64,000 bases of DNA, from positions 188,494-252,493 of the forward strand of contig NW_005434607.1 in assembly GCF_000315625.1 (NCBI RefSeq), written 5' to 3'. Under the pieces are notes generated by a model. The model was not told the origin of the DNA. It saw only the letters and a program-made list of their open reading frames with translations, and searched no databases. This DNA is from Guillardia theta CCMP2712 (lineage: Eukaryota > Protista > Cryptophyta). The position numbers and the translations under genes were made by a program. Shown piece after piece: positions 58,715-64,000 of this stretch. Every line of letters starts with the position of its first letter. The first letter of the stretch is position 1.

Positions 58715-60772
58715 CTCTATTGAACGAATGCCCAGACTAGTTGCGCAAAATCTGTAAACCACACGGAAGAAAAGGTCACTAATCTGTCAAACAGCGGAAG
58801 CCTCTACAAAACATCAGTGCCTGCCTGCTCTTTGAGCCTTTTAACTATCTCAAGATTTCTTCCTGCAAGTCTTCATTCCGCAGCCATGGAGCATTCCACT
58901 ATCATTCGAACAAGTCGTAGCCAATACCCTACGTCCCTCTGCTCCTCCAGTTCCCTCTCTGCGAGTTGTCATGACAGCCTCATCCTCATGGCCTAAGCGC
59001 CCGATGGCGGAGTAGCTGCAGCTGTTTCCCGGTAGGGGTCACTGCCAGCCTGTGAATGTGAAATATTGGCGAAAGGATACAAGATTGAGACCTAAATCAA
59101 ATATTTTCATTAAGGGGTCTCTCATGCACAACTTATTCAAATTGATACTATAAAATCGTAATTAGACAATACAATTTCCTGATTTTCAGATAATTGCATG
59201 ACAAAGGTACCCTTGAAATCAATACGTAAAAACAAGAAATATATTTAAGAAATGTTTTTGGTATCAAGATATTATTACAAATTTCAGTCAAATACATTCA
59301 GTCACTAAAATATTGCAGATGCGAGTCTTCTTTAGGAAAAAAAAGTCCATTGCGAGGACCACCACTTCCACCCCCCAAATCCATTCCCAATCATGATACC
59401 CTACCCGATTGAGTCGTTCCCAAGTACCCTACCCTCCCATGCCCATGTAAACTTGCTTACACTGGTACATATAGCTATCACCCCCTCTGGGGTTTCTGTG
59501 GATATTTTGCAATGGGAACTAGTACCCCACCCCCTTCCAGTCACACTTATTATTATCGCTTCCACAGATTCCTACCCTTCTACGTCTTGCAGGTGCTCCA
59601 TGCCACCTCCCCCTTTACTGCCCCACCCCTCTGATTCATTTTCTTACTCCACCCACTCATTCTCTTGACTACCCCCAATATGTCTTCATACTACCCTGAT
59701 AGAATCCTCTATACCCTACCCCATACAGCAAAACGACCACCTCTCATCACCACCCCGATTGTTTCCTTATATGGGTGGTGGTGGGGAGGGAGGGGAGGGC
59801 GGGGGGGGGGGGGGGGGGGGGGTTTAACATTACCCTCTCCCAAAAACAAAACCTACCTACCCTCGTGCTATGAGACCCATAACATGACCCCTCCCCGATA
59901 AAAACCCGACCCGCCTCACTGTCAATCACTACCCCTACTGCAATGCTTGAATTTTTGGGTGCTCTGCTACTTGCAGCTTTCAGCAGAGAGGAGGCCATAC
60001 GATTGACACAAGTACCGGTACTTTTCCCATAGATATCACCCCGTGATGACTCCAAACGTACCATGGTTGGGGCCTCTTGAAACTACCAGCGGAAACCGCT
60101 ATGCAATGGTAGGGTAGTCCGAATACAATTTTGCATCGTTTGGCATTGTTGCGGGGTAGAGCGTTGTCTTTTGCAAGTCTACTGCGCACCGCTTCGATTG
60201 TTAAGATCATTATTAAACACGATGAATCACAGGAGGTAACACAAAATAAAAACATATGATTTGGTCGAGCCTGCCTCATCAGTACTGATGGACCAGTCGG
60301 TTACCATTGTTTTGACGGTTATCAGGAGATCCGTTACCTGTGAAGTGATGTGACGGTTACAGTCAGAATTCCTGAAGGGGTGGGGTATTTTTGAGGTCCG
60401 AAAGGGGGTGATAACTGATGAGGGTAGGGTATGGAGGGTTGGGTAGTGGGAAATATAGCTGTCATACAAAACTGTGGGAGGTAGTGAATTGAAGGGGGTG
60501 TGAAGTCAACAGGGTGGGTAAGAGAAAAGAATGAGGCCTCAAGGCCTAAGGATAGTCATGTTTCCATAGCGATATATGGAGAAAATCTCGGAATAGTCTA
60601 GGCCATAGCAAGTGATGGGGGTCATGGGGCACAGGGGTACTTGAATATTCGGTAATGAGTAACGGGGGTAGGGTACTGGATGGTAAATTTAGAAGGGGTT
60701 CGCGGACTGTGGGGGGTGGGGTATATTTCTTACAAGATTAGACAGGTAGGGAGGAAAGAGAACCGACCAGCC

Positions 60773-61608
60773 ATGTCCGCCAAGGTGAGGGAAACATTGG
60801 CAAGACGAAGCGAATAATGGGGAAGGAGGATGGAGAAGGGGAGCATGATAGTGTTGAGGTGTGAGAAGGTCTCTATGCATGTGAAGAGTTGGGAGATCTT
60901 GTGGGGCTGGTAAGCTGAAGGATCCCAGTCGACACCTCGTGGATGTGTCTGGAGAATCCGACGGGAATGAAGCAGGGTGTAGCAGTGGTTGTGCGGTGAA
61001 TGAGAGCCCAACATGATAGGCATTGTCTCGGAGACTTCATTTTGCTATGCTGTTTCTTCGTGATGTGTAGTAGCATGAGGAGAAAGTGCAGCAGTCGTAA
61101 CGTTACAGTGAGTCACTGAGTTGGTTGAAAGCGAGGAGCAGTTGTTTCTTCCTGTTTCCTTGACGTTGGTGAAGCCTCGTTGACTCTTATTGTGCAGGTT
61201 GTTGCTTTTGCCGCTGTTATTGCCCAGGCCGCCGCTTTTGCGCCAACCCTCTCCACCTTCAAGGTACTGAAAGCAAGAGATACGGCTGACACCATGCTGA
61301 CATCAACAAACACCAGCCGGCTGCCCGCCAGGCATCCACCGGCTTGTCCATGGCCATGGACAGGTCCAACACTGCTCCCATCGTCCAGATCTTCGACCAC
61401 CGTGGATGCAGCCGTGTTGCCAAGGAGTACACTGGCAAGAAGTGCAACGGGGTAAGGCGTTATGACCTCTGATTTGCCATGTTTGACCTGCTCATGATAG
61501 GCTGAGGACGAGATGCTCGTCAAGGTCCAGTCCAAGGTGATCCCTGCCCCTGAGGCCCTCGCCGCCTCTGTCCTCCAGGTCACCGTCGGAAACCTCAAGC
61601 GCAAGTAA
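60773..61608 (+). CDS. cpeA: Cryptophyte phycoerythrin alpha subunit, 4 exons (60773-60784, 61198-61263, 61317-61451, 61501-61608)
   Basis: Spliced product MSAKVVAFAAVIAQAAAFAPTLSTFKPAARQASTGLSMAMDRSNTAPIVQIFDHRGCSRVAKEYTGKKCNGAEDEMLVKVQSKVIPAPEALAASVLQVTVGNLKRK*. It has the FDHRGC bilin site and the EYTG and DEMxVK motifs. Absent from the ORF track. Confidence 0.96.
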
Positions 61609-61733
61609 GCGAGTCGGGTCTTAGCACTTTGATCTGAGCAGTGAAGTTTGAAACTCCACAAGAAGTCAGTGGTACATCCAGACCGCGCATCTTGTCTCTT
61701 TATGATTTCATGGCTACATGTCGACAGCCCCAA

Positions 61734-63194
61734 TCACTTGACTGCCTTCACTTTCTTGAGAAGCTTTGTGTGCATCGGGCACGGATCAGGAAGGCCCTTG
61801 GCAAGCCGCTCCTGCGAGATCTTGTAGAAATAGCCATTGCGGAACTCAAGGTCCTTGACGACGGTGTTGAAGTGTCCGATGGATAGCGTGTACTCCTTCA
61901 TGCGCTCGTAGAACTGCGAGGCTTCTAACTGGACGCTCCCTGAGACGGCTTGCTCGTTGAGGACACGGACCAGCTCATGCATGACCTCTTCCACTTCACT
62001 CCAGTGGCTCTCCACCACCTGACCGACCTTGGTAAACTTGTTCGCCTTGGCCACGAGATGGGTCGCGCACGTCCAGACGAGCCTCTCAAGCCTTGAGATC
62101 TCAAACTTGTTCGAGTCCATAATCCTGCAAGAGAGGTTGACCATCTTGAGGCGTTTGGCCAGGTCGCCCGACCACTTCCCAGTGACTGCAGTCAAGCCAT
62201 CGGGGTCCAAGGAGGTCTTTCCATCAACGGGATCGTGGCCCAGCTTATCGATGACGAAGTAGATCAGAGCCTGAGTGTTGCCCTCCAGCCCAAACTGCTT
62301 CAGGAAGGGCCCCAAGTTGCCGGATCCCATGAAGACAAGATCCTGTCTCCGTTCAGGGGGGCATGCTTCCACAAGCTCCTTCAGCGCAGAATTGGGGACG
62401 CACAGATAGATTGGGCCGCTCTTGGGTCCGCCCCCGGGGGCCTCTTTCAGCTGGAATCTCAGCTCGGAGGTGCTTCTGACCATAGCATCGCCCGGGTCTC
62501 CTCTGTTCTTCATCATATGACCAACCCTTCCGTCTCCCACGATGACAGCAGGCGAGAGCTCCATGTCCCTTGTCGACTCCTCGTTCTGCCGCCAGGCACG
62601 TCAGCTCGTTCCCACTGACTTCCACAGCACTCACCCTCGCAAGCTCCAGCGCGTTGGAAACTTTCTCAATCTTCTCCTCAAGTACTGCCTGCCCAGCTGC
62701 TCAAGAGTCGTTCAAGTGATGTGTGGTTGTCAAGACCTTAGAGTCCTTGAGCTTCTTCAGCTCAGACTCCTTCAACTCAATTTCACTGGAGATACTGAGA
62801 ATGTTCATTGTCAGCCCCTATCAACCTCACTCGACCCTCATCCCACCTCGCATACAGGGTGTTCAACTCGTCAAGCGAGCTCTCGAGCTTGCTGGTCATT
62901 GATTCGTCTTTCTTTGTGCTCGTCTGAACATCATCAGCACATGATCAAGAACGGCAAGAGTCACCTCCGAGCCGATGCATCTCAATGCAGTGAAGGCCTT
63001 CGGGGTCACAGGCCGCTGCCCCTTCACGAAGCTCCTGCTTCCTCCACTCCTCTGGCAGCACCAGACCATCAAAAAGGGAGAAGCAGACGGGAGAAAACAA
63101 CCAGGAGGATGCTTGACGGTGTAGGGAGAAAGGCCTGAGTGCCAGATGACAACAGGAGCGCCACTGTCGCTCTGGAAGACAGGCACATTGTCAT
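61734..63194 (-). CDS. Plastid-targeted At1g16080-like protein (ketopantoate-reductase-like fold)
   Basis: PAVIVGDGRVG, GPIYLC, DLVF, PVDGKT..PDGLTAVTGKW, FRNGYFY and PDPCPMHT match the plant/algal family as I recall it. Presequence MTMCLSSRATVALLLSSGTQAFLP. Confidence 0.8.
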
Positions 63195-63619
63195 ATGAGG
63201 TGAAAGCTGCAATAGGATGGATCTCACAGTCTGATCATCAGCATACTCTCAATGCCGACGACAACCTGCTCATTCATCCACATTCAGTCATGCTGGCGGC
63301 AAAGGGAGGGCTCTTGAAGCCCATGGCGCGATGGGACGTTAGTAAAGGGCTGTCCAGGTCCTAGTGGATCTACTTCCTCCTGCAAGATCCCACACAACGA
63401 TGCGAATCATTTTGACATTCAAAAATGATCCTTTGCACTTCCCTCTCTGCCTCTGCCCCCTGCCACTTCTTGTCCCCTCCCCCTCCCCCTCTCTTTTCGC
63501 CTCGCATGACCGCGGCCTCCAGTCTCATCGCCATCATACAACACTTGTAAAATATTGGAGTACTAAATACTTTACTCAACTTCCCTACCAGAACCATCCT
63601 TTAAAACTTATTTTAAATA

Positions 63620-63935
63620 CGGTGCCGCCGCAGTACAGTGATCGGACCGTGCTCAGTCACGGCACCCGGCGGCGGGCCGGCGGTGACCGCGGGGCCCCGG
63701 CCGGCCGGGCCAACCGTTGAACCGTTCGCAAACCCAGTTCCGAAGTCACCGTAGGCCGGCGCCTGTGTCACTGCCAACTCCCAGCCTGATTGTCCTCGTA
63801 CTAAGTTTGCCTTTACTCCTCGTACTGATCAGCGGGCGCCGGGGCCGGCGGTGACCCGAGAACAGTGCCAATAGTTCTGAACGAGGCTCCGTCTTTCCGT
63901 AAGTTCCGATCAGTTAGACACTTGCCCGGTAATGA
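63620..63935. other. GC-rich scrambled island with an inverted partial core at 63785-63802
   Basis: CCTGATTGTCCTCGTACT followed by AAGTTTGCC. Confidence 0.7.
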
Positions 63936-64000
63936 TCATCTTCAACTAAGGAAGCGGTCAGGCGAGGTTGAAGAAGATTTGCTAGGAGAGGAGAGAGGAA

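Noticed and set aside
61113-61733. 206-aa minus-strand ORF
   Set aside because: Antisense shadow of cpeA.

Overview
This is eukaryotic nuclear DNA from a cryptophyte alga, most likely Guillardia theta or a relative. The evidence is a spliced phycoerythrin alpha-subunit gene, bipartite A-x-A-F plastid presequences, many 40-60 nt introns and microsatellite-rich introns. The ORF track is mostly noise, so genes were rebuilt by hand from exons and coordinates are approximate. Genes found: an EF-hand + MIB/HERC2 protein, a plastid-targeted PAAK-repeat protein, an alpha-carbonic-anhydrase-like protein lacking two Zn ligands, a helical-NTD TKL kinase plus a truncated copy, villin, two 4-TM proteins, an ankyrin protein, CRAL-TRIO, three near-identical THAQKYF Myb genes, a PG-repeat/TPR protein, WD40, Sac3/GANP with about 22 perfect FG repeats, an EamA transporter, cpeA and an At1g16080-like protein. 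Three signals are not explained by these genes. (1) A ~5 kb interval with no recognisable gene (41.3-46.2 kb) holds an array of 13 interspaced 44-bp repeats in both orientations; their 18-bp core (RWCGNTTNNNATTGTTGC) recurs alone nearby, close to perfect palindromes. (2) GC-rich 'scrambled' intergenic islands recur and share a ~40-50 bp core (AGTTAAAAATCAGTACGAGGACAATCAGG). (3) One island edge overlaps a kinase pseudogene and carries several short indels, mostly CG-rich insertions, relative to the intact gene.
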